Positions 9,175-18,737 of a DNA stretch of 64,000 bases are shown here, piece by piece (positions within the stretch are counted from its first letter, which is position 1; each line of letters opens with the position of its first letter). The DNA is taken from sequence record PV745554.1. One strand, given 5' to 3'. The position numbers and the translations under genes were made by a program. The notes beneath the pieces were generated by a model that saw only the letters and a program-made list of their open reading frames with translations, made no database searches and was not told the origin of the DNA.

Positions 9175-9575
9175 TGCGCTTCGTCTCCCCAAACCAACCC
9201 TACTGCCGCTGCTGCGGCAAGCCGATCAAGAAGTTCACGCTCCGGCACTCGTTTGGCAAGAGCGAGTACAAGGACCATGGCTGGTCGATCTCGCGCACCG
9301 AGAAACCGATGTCCAAGGAGGAACTCCAGCGCGCGGTCAACGGCCGGATCATCTCGTTCACCTGGGACCACGAGACGACCTACGACGCCAACTACGAGCC
9401 GATCCGCACGAAGACCTTCATCGGCGAGGCCAACGTCTGGGACGGCGAGACCTACGAGGCGCAGTTCTTCTGCACCATGCGGTGCGCCGCCGCGTTCGGG
9501 GAAATGGCCGCCCGTGAATATCCGGGCCTCCACACCCAGACCTACGCTGACGCCATGAAAAAGAGGGAGGGCTAA
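9174..9575 (+). CDS. hypothetical Cys-motif protein
   Basis: CRCCG near N-terminus, FCTMRCA near C-terminus. Confidence 0.75.
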   Translation: MRFVSPNQPYCRCCGKPIKKFTLRHSFGKSEYKDHGWSISRTEKPMSKEELQRAVNGRIISFTWDHETTYDANYEPIRTKTFIGEANVWDGETYEAQFFCTMRCAAAFGEMAAREYPGLHTQTYADAMKKREG

Positions 9576-10297
9576 TGTCCGACGAGATCAGGAAGACCCA
9601 CGAAGCCTTCGGCGTGATCGGCTACAGCCACACCCAGGGCGACACCGATCTGGTCGGCGTCGACTACGCCCAGGGGCACTACGTGTCCCTGACGATCAAG
9701 ACGGCGATCGCCTACGAGGGCGAGACGCACGATCGCTTCCACGGCGACAAGTACATCTGCAAGGTGTCGATGAGCGAGGTCCAGTGGGCCTCCTTCATCG
9801 CCAACCCCAACCGGGGTGACGGCGTGCCCTGCACCTTGCAGTTCTACCGTGACCCGCTGACCGGCGAGCCCAAGCAGCCGAGATACCTGCGCGAGCGCCT
9901 GACCCGCATCGACCGCACCCGCGAGGCCGTCACCGCCCGCGCCAAGGGCCTGTCGACCAAGGTCAAGGAAGCCCAGGCCGAACTCCAGCGGCTGATGGAC
10001 GGCGGCCCGATCAAGAAGGGCGATCTGAAGGCGCTCAAGGACCTGCTCTACTTCGCCAACCAGGACATGGACATGAACCTGGGCTACTTCGTCGAGCGGG
10101 TCGAGGAGACCATCGACAAGGCGGTGGTCGACGCCAAGGCCCAGGTCGACGCCCACGTCGACTTCGTGGTCCGGGAACTGGGCGTGCGCGCCCTGGGCTC
10201 GCGGCTGCAAGCGGCGATCGACGCGGGCCATGAGCCGGGCGCGGTCGGTCAAGCCCTGCTCGACGCGATAGCCCCACCCCAGGAGCCGCCGACGTGA
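9575..10297 (+). CDS. hypothetical phage protein
   Basis: 240 aa, coupled start. Confidence 0.8.
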   Translation: MSDEIRKTHEAFGVIGYSHTQGDTDLVGVDYAQGHYVSLTIKTAIAYEGETHDRFHGDKYICKVSMSEVQWASFIANPNRGDGVPCTLQFYRDPLTGEPKQPRYLRERLTRIDRTREAVTARAKGLSTKVKEAQAELQRLMDGGPIKKGDLKALKDLLYFANQDMDMNLGYFVERVEETIDKAVVDAKAQVDAHVDFVVRELGVRALGSRLQAAIDAGHEPGAVGQALLDAIAPPQEPPT

Positions 10298-10536
10298 GGA
10301 CGCCCCGCTTCCTGAACCGCTGGCGCGACCGCGACCTCGCCGAGGAGAAGGCCTTCCAGACCAAGGGTCTGGCCTTCGCCCACGCCGCGCGCATCGCCAG
10401 CCGCCTGGGCGAGATCGTTCGTGTCGAGCATCAGGAACCCATCAGCCAAGCCTCCCCGAACTGGGCGGTGGTCGAGAAGTGGAGCTTCCACCCCGACGGC
10501 CGCATGACCCGTGACCTCAAGAAGGAAGTCCTATGA
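10294..10536 (+). CDS. hypothetical protein
   Basis: GTGA overlap. Confidence 0.7.
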   Translation: MRTPRFLNRWRDRDLAEEKAFQTKGLAFAHAARIASRLGEIVRVEHQEPISQASPNWAVVEKWSFHPDGRMTRDLKKEVL

Positions 10537-11027
10537 CCCGCAGCACCACCGAGATCATCGCCCGCATCAAGTCCCTGGAGAACGACACGTCGGACTTCTT
10601 CGGCTTCCAGACGGGCGATCTCGTCTGCTATCTCCCCTTCGCCGACGCCAAGCCCTGGCTGAACGAGAACGCGACGGCCGAGGCCTGGACGCCCAGCGTC
10701 AACACGCCCGAGGCGATCAAGTCGACCATCCACGACTACATGTCGTTCGCCTGGGACAAGGCCAACAACTGCCGGGGCCTGTCGGCCGGCCGCTCACTAG
10801 ACCACATGAAGGCTTGGCTCTGGCTCTACGGCGCCGACGAAGCCTGGATCGAGGCCCTGCGCCTGGACAACTACACCATGTACGGCAAGCCCCAGCTTCG
10901 CGCGATCTGCGAGCACTTCGGCTGGGACTGGACCCAGTGGGATGACGGCTGCTGGACCAACAACGAGGGCGCGGCCGGCTACAGCCCGGACGAGGTCGAG
11001 CGCGTCGGCGTCCTGGCTGACGCCTAG
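10533..11027 (+). CDS. hypothetical phage protein
   Basis: 164 aa, RBS AGGAAG, ATGA overlap. Confidence 0.8.
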   Translation: MTRSTTEIIARIKSLENDTSDFFGFQTGDLVCYLPFADAKPWLNENATAEAWTPSVNTPEAIKSTIHDYMSFAWDKANNCRGLSAGRSLDHMKAWLWLYGADEAWIEALRLDNYTMYGKPQLRAICEHFGWDWTQWDDGCWTNNEGAAGYSPDEVERVGVLADA

Positions 11028-11098
11028 TTGGCGTTAGAGTGTTGACAGTCATTGGGGCCTCCTCTATATCCACCCTCGACGACAACGAGGAGGCCCCG
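11027..11098 (+). promoter_or_regulatory. sigma70 promoter cassette with upstream 18-bp element
   Basis: GTTGGCGTTAGAGTG-TTGACA-N17-TATATC, CCTCG-ACGACAA-CGAGG hairpin with SD. Confidence 0.88.
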
Positions 11099-12847
11099 AT
11101 GACGACCGAGACCATGACCCTGAGCTTCCGTATCGAAGGCGCCGCCCTGGTGGAGCGCGCCCGCGACCGGGTCATCGAAGGCGCCTGGGAGCATGGCCTG
11201 CGCATCCTCGTCGAGGGTCTGCACGGCATGACCTACGAGATCGCCATCGACATCCTGATGGGCAAGTACACCCTGGGCGGCTGGTCCTCGGACCCCGAGG
11301 GCGTCTACCTCACCGAGCAAGACCCCGAGGACGAGACCTTCAAGCGCTACAAGGAGACGTTCGACTTCCAGTTCGCCGGCGTCTTCAAGGACGAGACGGG
11401 CCGCATCATGCGCCCCTACGCCATCGTCGACAGCTACGGCAAGAAGGACTTCGACTCCAAGTACCGCTACGACCACGCCCGCGCGCGCGGCTCGGACGAG
11501 TTCCTGTCGCGCCCGGTGCGCTACCACGACATCCTGGGCAAGGACCCGATCGACTGGGCCTATCGCGCCCTGCATTACGCCAACCTGCCGCAGCAAGACA
11601 TCGTCAAGCGGGTCAAGAACCCCGGCGAATACCACGGCACGATCCAGGAGATGGCCGCGCTATTCGAGGTCATCCACGACTACCCCAAGCTCCTGCTGCC
11701 CTACGTCACCAACAGCGCCCAGGAGGCCGTCGACAAAGCGGTCGCCTCCGGCCGCCGGATGGAGAAGCGCGGCTATGTCCACGAGTACGGCCCCAATGAT
11801 CCGTTCGCTGAGTTCCACGCCGTGACGACCACGGCGATCGACAACTTGCCGCCCCAGTGGGTGATCGAGAACCAAGCCTATGAGCCCCCGGCGCCGGTCA
11901 AGGCCCTGGAGGACTTCAAGCAGGGCGTCGCGAGCGCCCCTGATGAGGTCTCGGCGATGAACCGGATGATCGTCAAGGAGGTCAACGCCGGCACGAGCAT
12001 GTCGACCGCCATCGCCCTGGCCCGCGCCAAGATGGCGCTGATGGGTGGCATGGCCGAGGACCCTGAAGAGCGCATGTCGGCGATTAACGCCCACTTGGCG
12101 GCGGAGGCCGAGCGCGCCGAAGGCAAGTCCAACGAGACCTACCGCAAGGCGATCCAGGAGCAGGCCGCCGGCGACTACTTCGATCTCGTGTACACGGGTA
12201 AGGGTGGCGAGGAGGTGACCCTGAAGGTCCCGACCGCGCCGTTCGAGAAGTGGTGCCTGTGGCGCACCGCCGGCGCTCACCTCGCCAAGCCGTGGAAGCG
12301 CGTCACCTATTCGGGTCTGAAGTGCTTCGGCGACGACCCCTATCACACCGACTGGGTCATCGGCGCGGGCCTGGAGCCCGAGGATTGGCCGACCCGCAGC
12401 GACGACCCGCTGCACAAGGCCGCCTGGGACAAGCGCTTCGAGGTCGCCCAGAGCAAGATGGGCGGCAATCTGGTGGTCCTGCTGGGCACGGGCTTCGTGA
12501 CCGGCAAGATCAAGCACCTCAAGCCGGGCGAGACCCTGGAGCGGGGGCAGATCGGCGTGATCCGCAACGCTGGCCCCGACTACGTCCAGGCCGCCGTCAG
12601 CGCGATCGACAACAACGCCGCCCTGATCACCGAGAACGGCGGCAACGTCGCCCACCTCGTCACCGAGTTCCGGGACAAGCCGCTGCGTCTGGTGCGCATC
12701 GCCGACGCCCGCAAGATTTTCAAGGACGGCATGGAGGTCGACCTCGACCTGGATAAGGCATGGCGCCGTATCTACGAAGGCTCGCGCGGTCCCGCGCCGG
12801 GTGACCTCTACCTGCCGCCGGAATGGGAGATTCAAGATGACGCATGA
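11099..12847 (+). CDS. protein with C-terminal PEP-utilising-enzyme mobile (phosphohistidine swivel) domain
   Basis: GTGFVTGKIKHL...IGVIRNAGPDY...ALITENGGNVAHLVTEFRD...IFKDGMEVDLD matches the ITExGGxxSH signature. Confidence 0.75.
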   Translation: MTTETMTLSFRIEGAALVERARDRVIEGAWEHGLRILVEGLHGMTYEIAIDILMGKYTLGGWSSDPEGVYLTEQDPEDETFKRYKETFDFQFAGVFKDETGRIMRPYAIVDSYGKKDFDSKYRYDHARARGSDEFLSRPVRYHDILGKDPIDWAYRALHYANLPQQDIVKRVKNPGEYHGTIQEMAALFEVIHDYPKLLLPYVTNSAQEAVDKAVASGRRMEKRGYVHEYGPNDPFAEFHAVTTTAIDNLPPQWVIENQAYEPPAPVKALEDFKQGVASAPDEVSAMNRMIVKEVNAGTSMSTAIALARAKMALMGGMAEDPEERMSAINAHLAAEAERAEGKSNETYRKAIQEQAAGDYFDLVYTGKGGEEVTLKVPTAPFEKWCLWRTAGAHLAKPWKRVTYSGLKCFGDDPYHTDWVIGAGLEPEDWPTRSDDPLHKAAWDKRFEVAQSKMGGNLVVLLGTGFVTGKIKHLKPGETLERGQIGVIRNAGPDYVQAAVSAIDNNAALITENGGNVAHLVTEFRDKPLRLVRIADARKIFKDGMEVDLDLDKAWRRIYEGSRGPAPGDLYLPPEWEIQDDA

Positions 12848-13133
12848 ACTGATTATGGTCCAGGTGGGTGGGCAAGCCCATTCGCACTTCTCGATCGAGA
12901 CGCGCGAGGCCGAGGTGCCGGGCGGAAAGCTCTACATCACCACGGCGCATGCCGGCGAGAACTGCGAGGCCATATCGGTCGCCCAGACCTTCGTGCCGAC
13001 GCCGCCGCCGTCTAAGGTCGTGACCATCCCCGACGAGGTGCTGCGCGACCTGATGAGCCGCAAGGACGTCGCCAGCGGGCGCTCGCTGCTCAAGAAGTGG
13101 CTGTTCGCCCACGGCCTGGAGCTTGAGGCCTGA
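12837..13133 (+). CDS. hypothetical protein
   Basis: ATG after GGGAG. Confidence 0.7.
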   Translation: MTHELIMVQVGGQAHSHFSIETREAEVPGGKLYITTAHAGENCEAISVAQTFVPTPPPSKVVTIPDEVLRDLMSRKDVASGRSLLKKWLFAHGLELEA

Positions 13134-13312
13134 TGCCGCTCTTCAGCTTCAAGGCTACGGTCACCTACCACGACGACGTCGTGATCGACGCCGAGGACGA
13201 GGACCACGCCCGCGAACTGGTGGCTGAGTCTGGCTTCACCGGAAGCCACATCGTCAGCCACGACGCCGACCTTGACCCCGAGATCAAGCTCCACCTGGAC
13301 GAGGAGGACTGA
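13133..13312 (+). CDS. small acidic hypothetical protein (absent from ORF track)
   Basis: 59 aa MPLFSFKATVTYHDDVVIDAEDEDHAREL; TGATG coupling. Confidence 0.7.
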   Translation: MPLFSFKATVTYHDDVVIDAEDEDHARELVAESGFTGSHIVSHDADLDPEIKLHLDEED

Positions 13313-13313
13313 C

Positions 13314-13820
13314 ATGGCCGATTTCAGTGAGGCCCGGCGTGCGGTCGCGACCGAGGAACTGATCACGCGCCTGAAGGCCCTCAAGGACCTGGAGGACGCC
13401 CGCGACATCCCGGACGAGGAGACCAAGTCGGCGCTGGCGGCGGCGATCCTGCGCCTTGGTGAGTACGAGGATGAGGTCCAAAGCAACAAGGCCACGATCG
13501 CGCGCCTTATGGGAGCCATCCATGCCTGGAGGACGATGGTCACCCAGGACCAGGGCGCGCCCGACTTCAAGCGCGCCGCCGCCCATCTGCACGTCTTCTC
13601 CACCTTCTACGACCGCATGTGGGCGATCGTTCGCACCTTCGAGAAGGCCGTGGATGAGACGGGCCTGCTGAACAAGACTGGTCCTGATCCGATCCGCCGG
13701 CTGATCTGGAAGTACATCCGCCACGATCTGGCCGGCGAACTGGGCTCGTCCATGCTCTGGTCGCACCGCAACGCCGTCGCCGCCCTCAAGGGCCTGGAAG
13801 ATGCGGAGCCGAAGGTTTGA
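13314..13820 (+). CDS. hypothetical protein
   Basis: ATG after GAGGAGG. Confidence 0.75.
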   Translation: MADFSEARRAVATEELITRLKALKDLEDARDIPDEETKSALAAAILRLGEYEDEVQSNKATIARLMGAIHAWRTMVTQDQGAPDFKRAAAHLHVFSTFYDRMWAIVRTFEKAVDETGLLNKTGPDPIRRLIWKYIRHDLAGELGSSMLWSHRNAVAALKGLEDAEPKV

Positions 13821-14029
13821 GCCGCCGCTACACCGGCCCGCGCTTCTGGGTCTCCGAGGACGGCCACGTCCACCAAATCCAGGACGGCGTCACCAACGTC
13901 GTCGCCACCCTCTCCCCGGACGAGATGAAACGGCTGCGCAAGTGCGGTTGGAACATCGGCTCGTCCACCCGCCGCTACGCCTACAACCCCGCCTCAATTC
14001 TCCGCAACGCCCTGGGAGCCGCCCGATGA
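13817..14029 (+). CDS. hypothetical protein
   Basis: TTGA overlap. Confidence 0.65.
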   Translation: MSRRYTGPRFWVSEDGHVHQIQDGVTNVVATLSPDEMKRLRKCGWNIGSSTRRYAYNPASILRNALGAAR

Positions 14030-14598
14030 TCGACCCGAAAGCCACGCTCGCCCAGCAGACCGAGTCGTTCCTCGGCGACGGCCGGGCGCTCGCCGAGGTC
14101 TGCCAGCGGGAGGGCACCTATAATCTCGCCGACCAGACCCTGGCCTACATCGCTGACGCCGAGGCAATCATCGAGGCCCAGCGCGCGCGGATCGTCCAGT
14201 TTCAGGAAGAGAAGCTGCGCAACTGGGGGACCAACAACGCCTACCTGCGCGTGATCCAGGAGTTCATCGCCGGCCGCGCAAACCCGCATCTCAAAGCGCT
14301 GCAAGACCTCGGCGGCATGACGATCGTCCAGGGACGGCAACTCCAGCAGACCATCGACAAGTTCAACGCTACGCTGCGTGCCGAGGGCATCTCCGGGAAA
14401 GAGTTGACCGGCAAAGGCAAGCGGCTGATGGACCTTGTCGAGTTCTTCGTCTTCCATGAACTTCATCGCGTGGCGTGGTACATCGAGAAGTTCGTCGGCC
14501 GCGACATCCATTTAGCCGTCGCCGGCCTGACGCCGGCCGACATCAAGGACCTTCCCAACCCCGACCCGCCAGCGCAGGCCCAGGAGATGCCCTCGTGA
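14026..14598 (+). CDS. hypothetical protein
   Basis: ATGA overlap after GGAG. Confidence 0.75.
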   Translation: MIDPKATLAQQTESFLGDGRALAEVCQREGTYNLADQTLAYIADAEAIIEAQRARIVQFQEEKLRNWGTNNAYLRVIQEFIAGRANPHLKALQDLGGMTIVQGRQLQQTIDKFNATLRAEGISGKELTGKGKRLMDLVEFFVFHELHRVAWYIEKFVGRDIHLAVAGLTPADIKDLPNPDPPAQAQEMPS

Positions 14599-14822
14599 TC
14601 GACTACGTCTACCGCAAAGACCCGCGCGGCAGCGACTACGGCGCCCAGCGGATGGACCTGAGTGAAGCCCTGGCGGTGGTCGCGGCCGAGAAGCAGGACT
14701 TCCTCATTCGCTTGGTCGAGGTCCTGCACGAGAACAACCTCCTGCGCGACGCCGACGTGCTGGAGTTGCTCGGCAAGGGCTGGGGCCTGGAGGCCTACGA
14801 CGTCCTGTACGTAGACGATTGA
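14595..14822 (+). CDS. hypothetical protein
   Basis: GTGA overlap after AGGAG. Confidence 0.7.
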   Translation: MIDYVYRKDPRGSDYGAQRMDLSEALAVVAAEKQDFLIRLVEVLHENNLLRDADVLELLGKGWGLEAYDVLYVDD

Positions 14823-14876
14823 CAACACTCTCGCGCCAGCATAGAAGCCTTCTCGACGACAACGAAGGAGGCTTCC
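14819..14876 (+). promoter_or_regulatory. sigma70 promoter cassette with inverted 18-bp element in the spacer
   Basis: TTGACA-ACACTCTCGCGCCAGCA-TAGAAG, GACGACAACG, AAGGAGG. Confidence 0.88.
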
Positions 14877-15248
14877 GTGAAGCTCGCGACCCAAGACCGG
14901 ACCGATCCCCGCCTGAACGCCGACTACCGCCTGATCAAGGCGGTCTTCTACTACGGCGGCCCGGCCGAGTACCCGATCCACCTGGACGAACGCTGGAGTG
15001 CGGTGACGCCGGCCCAGGTCGAGGACCAGATTTCGGTCCTCTGCCGCGACCTCGCCAAATGCGCGGGCAACACCCTGGCGCCGGCGACCTTCTACGAGCG
15101 CGCCAAGCTGAGCTTCGCCGAGGTGCCGCCGGTGTCCGACGAGTTCTGGGGCCTGATCTCCGAGACCACCAAGCAGAACATCCTCGCCCTGAAGGATCGC
15201 TTCACCGTCCACGGCAGCGGCTTCATGCTCTCGTGGGCCAAGGTCTGA
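14877..15248 (+). CDS. hypothetical protein
   Basis: GTG after the cassette SD. Confidence 0.8.
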   Translation: MKLATQDRTDPRLNADYRLIKAVFYYGGPAEYPIHLDERWSAVTPAQVEDQISVLCRDLAKCAGNTLAPATFYERAKLSFAEVPPVSDEFWGLISETTKQNILALKDRFTVHGSGFMLSWAKV

Positions 15249-15586
15249 TGTGCCATCTGGCTCACACCCAGGGATGCCGCGAGTGCCCGTTCAAGCGCAC
15301 CGCCGCGCCCGGCTGGCTCGGCGCCGACACCCCCGAGGGCTTCCTGCGCGCGACCATGTCGGGTAGCGTCCAGATGCCCTGCCACATGACCGTCGACTAC
15401 GACGCCGACGACTGGCGCGAGCAGGCGGCCGACGCGCCGTTCTGCGCCGGCGCGCTGATCTTCCTCAAGAACATCTGCAACCTGCCGCATGATCCGAAGA
15501 TCGTCGCGGCCCGCGCGCAGGTCGAACCCAACCGCGAGGACTACTTCGCCCGTCCGGACGAGTTCCTGGCCCATCACGGAGGCTGA
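15248..15586 (+). CDS. Cys/His-rich hypothetical protein
   Basis: CRECPF...MPCH...FCAGA motif; TGATG coupling. Confidence 0.75.
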   Translation: MCHLAHTQGCRECPFKRTAAPGWLGADTPEGFLRATMSGSVQMPCHMTVDYDADDWREQAADAPFCAGALIFLKNICNLPHDPKIVAARAQVEPNREDYFARPDEFLAHHGG

Positions 15587-15587
15587 C

Positions 15588-15866
15588 ATGACCAAGCCCG
15601 CCCAGTACCGCGTCCGCGCCTTCACGCGCCGCCTGCCGCCCCAGCGTGGCTATCTCGACCACGACATCGTCCACATGCAGGTCCTGGAACTCAAGCGGTG
15701 GTTCGGCTGGCAGACCATCGACGAGGAGGTCGTGCCCGACCACGTCAAGATCAGCAGCGGCGCCCTGGGCGACACCGGCGGCTGGGTCTCGAAGTTCACC
15801 AAGCTGGGGACCTTCGGCCGCGACGGCGTCTTCACCCTGCACCCGCACGTGGAGGCCAAGCTCTGA
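15588..15866 (+). CDS. hypothetical protein
   Basis: ATG after GGAGG. Confidence 0.75.
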   Translation: MTKPAQYRVRAFTRRLPPQRGYLDHDIVHMQVLELKRWFGWQTIDEEVVPDHVKISSGALGDTGGWVSKFTKLGTFGRDGVFTLHPHVEAKL

Positions 15867-16288
15867 TGCGCCTGTTCCTGATCATCTTGGCGACGATCCT
15901 GTGGCTGGGCGACACCGCCCGCGCCCAGTCCTTCCGCCTGTCCCAGCCGCTCAACTACGGCAGCGATCTCCACTACACCGAGACGCGCGACGCCTCGGCC
16001 TCACGTGATCCGCTCAAGCGGGTGATCGCCGACCTGTCGCGCTCGCCGACGGTGACGATCGAGCGGGCCTGGACCTATGCCGAACTCGCCGGCGCCCAGA
16101 CCACCTGCGGCGAGATCATCCTCAACGGCCGCCACCAGAAGTTCGTCCTCCAGCAGGGGCCGAAGACCGCCGTGATCGGCCCCGCCATGCCCACCGAGTT
16201 CTGGAGCCTGGATGTCCAGGACTACCAGTTCCGCAACGCCGGGTGCCTGCGCGACCGCGCCGCCCAGATCATCCCGCCGCGCTTCTGA
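15866..16288 (+). CDS. putative secreted protein
   Basis: Sec-type signal MRLFLIILATILWLGDTARA-QSF. Confidence 0.7.
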   Translation: MRLFLIILATILWLGDTARAQSFRLSQPLNYGSDLHYTETRDASASRDPLKRVIADLSRSPTVTIERAWTYAELAGAQTTCGEIILNGRHQKFVLQQGPKTAVIGPAMPTEFWSLDVQDYQFRNAGCLRDRAAQIIPPRF

Positions 16289-16305
16289 TCCTTGGCCGTC
16301 TTGTG

Positions 16306-16362
16306 TTGACAAAGGCAGGTTCGCCGGCCTAGAACGTCATCGACGACAACAAAGGAGGCCCC
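16306..16362 (+). promoter_or_regulatory. sigma70 promoter cassette
   Basis: TTGACA-N18-TAGAAC, GACGACAAC, AAGGAGG. Confidence 0.85.
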
Positions 16363-16719
16363 ATGCCGCTGTATGATTTCCCGACCGGCCCGACCACGAT
16401 GGAAGACATCGAAGCGTTCGTCGCCGGCGCCCAGGCGGTGGTCAACGCCCAGATGGCGAAGACCTTCCCGAACGTGAGCCCGCCGGTCCTGACGATCGAG
16501 CCGGTGCGCGCCAACAGCCAGTTCGCCAAGATCGTGGCAAGCGACCGCGCCCAGCGCTCGGTCTGGGCGTTCGTTCGCCTGGAGAACGGCCTGATCTACA
16601 AGCCTTCCTCCTGGAAGGTCCCGGCCAAGCACGCGCGCGGCACCATCCACTCCGCTGGCCACGGCGCCGAGTACGTCGACTGGACCGGCCCGCGCTACAT
16701 CAAGGACATGCGCCCGTGA
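16363..16719 (+). CDS. hypothetical phage protein
   Basis: SVWAFV...GLIYKPSSWKVPAKHARGTI motif. Confidence 0.8.
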   Translation: MPLYDFPTGPTTMEDIEAFVAGAQAVVNAQMAKTFPNVSPPVLTIEPVRANSQFAKIVASDRAQRSVWAFVRLENGLIYKPSSWKVPAKHARGTIHSAGHGAEYVDWTGPRYIKDMRP

Positions 16720-16985
16720 GCATCTTCACCGTGATCTTGTCGCAGTACGATGAGCAGCGCGTCTACATCGTCGAAGCCGGCAACAACATCAACGCCCTGG
16801 CGCACGCCAAGCGCGTGGCGGAGTCGCACGACGAGAAGGGCTCGACCTGGAACCTCAACGTGATGTTTGTCGGCGCGTCCGACATCGCCATGAAGAGCCA
16901 GGGGCTGAAGGTCATCGACCTGCGGGTCGACGAGACCGTCGCACCCATACGCCTGCCCACGGCCGAACGCGTCGGGGGCTGCTGA
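16716..16985 (+). CDS. hypothetical protein
   Basis: GTGA overlap. Confidence 0.7.
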   Translation: MSIFTVILSQYDEQRVYIVEAGNNINALAHAKRVAESHDEKGSTWNLNVMFVGASDIAMKSQGLKVIDLRVDETVAPIRLPTAERVGGC

Positions 16986-17527
16986 TGCCGGACCTGATCG
17001 ACGCCCGCGCCATCAACGTCGACCCCTTCGCGATCGTCACCGATCGCCTGGAGGGCTCGATCACCCTGGTGCGGCTGGCCGAGGCCGGCCGCTACCGCCA
17101 CGGCGGCGCGCTCCTCTACTTCCGGGGTCGCCAGATCGACACGGGTCTGAAGGGCGTCTCCTACGTCTACGATGACGAGACCAACGCCAGCCACCTCGAA
17201 TACTGGGGCGGCTACGAGGATCGCATCCTCGCCCGCTTCGCCTCCAAGGACGACGCCATGAAGGCCCTGCACGATGGGCTGGCGGCGCGCGCCGAGGTCG
17301 ACATCCTGGTCAAGCAGGCCCAGGCCATGCTCCAGGCCCTGACCGACCTGCGCGACCGGCGGTTCAAGGAGACCGTCCAGGCCCAGGAACGCGACGGCGT
17401 CCAGCGCGATGGTTGCGAGGTCTGCAACGGCTCGCGCGGTGGTGTGCCCGGCAACGAGAACGTCGTCGACGGCAAGGTGGTCTGCGACTACTGCCACGTC
17501 GACATCATGGACGCGAGGAAGGGCTGA
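16985..17527 (+). CDS. hypothetical protein with C-terminal Zn ribbon
   Basis: CEVC...CDYC. Confidence 0.75.
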   Translation: MPDLIDARAINVDPFAIVTDRLEGSITLVRLAEAGRYRHGGALLYFRGRQIDTGLKGVSYVYDDETNASHLEYWGGYEDRILARFASKDDAMKALHDGLAARAEVDILVKQAQAMLQALTDLRDRRFKETVQAQERDGVQRDGCEVCNGSRGGVPGNENVVDGKVVCDYCHVDIMDARKG

Positions 17528-17748
17528 TGGGCTCCTACACCTACTGCCCCAACCGCACGTGCGGCGCCGGCCTCGGGCCGCCCTCGATCCGTGAGGTCGT
17601 GGAGAACGAGCGCAAGTGCCCGCACTGCGGCGGCGACGTGCCGGTCTACGACTCCCTGGCCGACGTGCTGGAGCGCATGGAGGGCAAGATCGAGGAACTC
17701 CAGGAGGAGGTCCGCGTGCTGCGCGAAGGAGACGACCTTGGGTCTTAG
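17527..17748 (+). CDS. small Zn-ribbon/coiled-coil protein
   Basis: CPNRTC...CPHC then heptad-like tail. Confidence 0.75.
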   Translation: MGSYTYCPNRTCGAGLGPPSIREVVENERKCPHCGGDVPVYDSLADVLERMEGKIEELQEEVRVLREGDDLGS

Positions 17749-18094
17749 AAAAATCCCGCCCGCCCATTCGTGGTTCTCGGCGATGGCCTTCCGGACGGCG
17801 TTCAAGAAGCCGGGCCACGAAGAGCGTCTCAAGCGCCTTCAGGCGGTCCAGGCCGCCCGGCTCTCGGGCTCGGAACTGCGCGACCCGCTGATGAAGAAGC
17901 TGGTGCGCGAGGGCCTCGTGCGCCTGCACCGGCCGGCCAACGCCGAGTTCTACAGGCAGTCCAAGGGCGGCTTCATGAAGCGCACCCAGGCCTTCCTTAC
18001 GCCCGCTGGCGAAGCCTATCTGGCGGACCCGGCGCATCATCCCGTTCCGAAGTCGGAGCGCACCGAGAAAGCCAAAGGGGTTCGCGGCAAATGA
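17738..18094 (+). CDS. hypothetical protein, winged-helix-like
   Basis: TTG after GGAG; LMKKLVREGLVRL...FLTPAG. Confidence 0.6.
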   Translation: MGLRKIPPAHSWFSAMAFRTAFKKPGHEERLKRLQAVQAARLSGSELRDPLMKKLVREGLVRLHRPANAEFYRQSKGGFMKRTQAFLTPAGEAYLADPAHHPVPKSERTEKAKGVRGK

Positions 18095-18540
18095 TCAACT
18101 GGAAGGACCCCTTCGGCTTCGAAGCCCGCCGCCTCGCGCGTGAAGCGCTCTGGGCAGAGCAGGCCAAGGAGACGCGGGCGCGCAACCTCAAGCGCGCCCA
18201 GGAGACCGGCACGCACTGCATCAAACAAGTCGCCGCCGATCGGTTCTTCGTGCTGTTGCGCGACACGAACGGGCGGTATCGGACGATCCAGCGGGACGGC
18301 AAGGTCGCGTCGCAATACCCCTGCAACGCCCACGTCATCCGCACCCTGGAGCAGGCCAAGGACTTCGGGCGCATCGCCGAGCGCAACTTCCGCGAGGAGG
18401 TGGCCGAGGAGGTCGAGCGCCTGACCAGCCACGAGAACTTCTACCACCCGACCGAGTACGAGCCCGTGCCGGCCAAGGAGGCGCGCGCCGAGGACATCGT
18501 CTTCGTCGAGGCGGTCTCCACGTGCTGGAGCCGCCGCTGA
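18091..18540 (+). CDS. hypothetical protein
   Basis: ATGA overlap. Confidence 0.7.
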   Translation: MINWKDPFGFEARRLAREALWAEQAKETRARNLKRAQETGTHCIKQVAADRFFVLLRDTNGRYRTIQRDGKVASQYPCNAHVIRTLEQAKDFGRIAERNFREEVAEEVERLTSHENFYHPTEYEPVPAKEARAEDIVFVEAVSTCWSRR

Positions 18541-18737
18541 TGGAGACCCGCGCAGACGCCGTCCAGGCCGTCGCCAAGGCCCTCTACGAGCGTCAGTGGG
18601 CGCGCGGCGGACAAGTCGTCCCGCCGCCCTGGGAGACCTTGCCGCCTCGGTTCAAAACGCCGTTCCTGGAGACGGCCGAGCTTTGCGTCGACATCATCAT
18701 CGAACACGTCAGGAACACCAGCCATGAACCGTCGTAA
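18522..18737 (+). CDS. hypothetical protein
   Basis: Fills the gap in the operon; start could be 18540. Confidence 0.6.
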   Translation: MLEPPLMETRADAVQAVAKALYERQWARGGQVVPPPWETLPPRFKTPFLETAELCVDIIIEHVRNTSHEPS

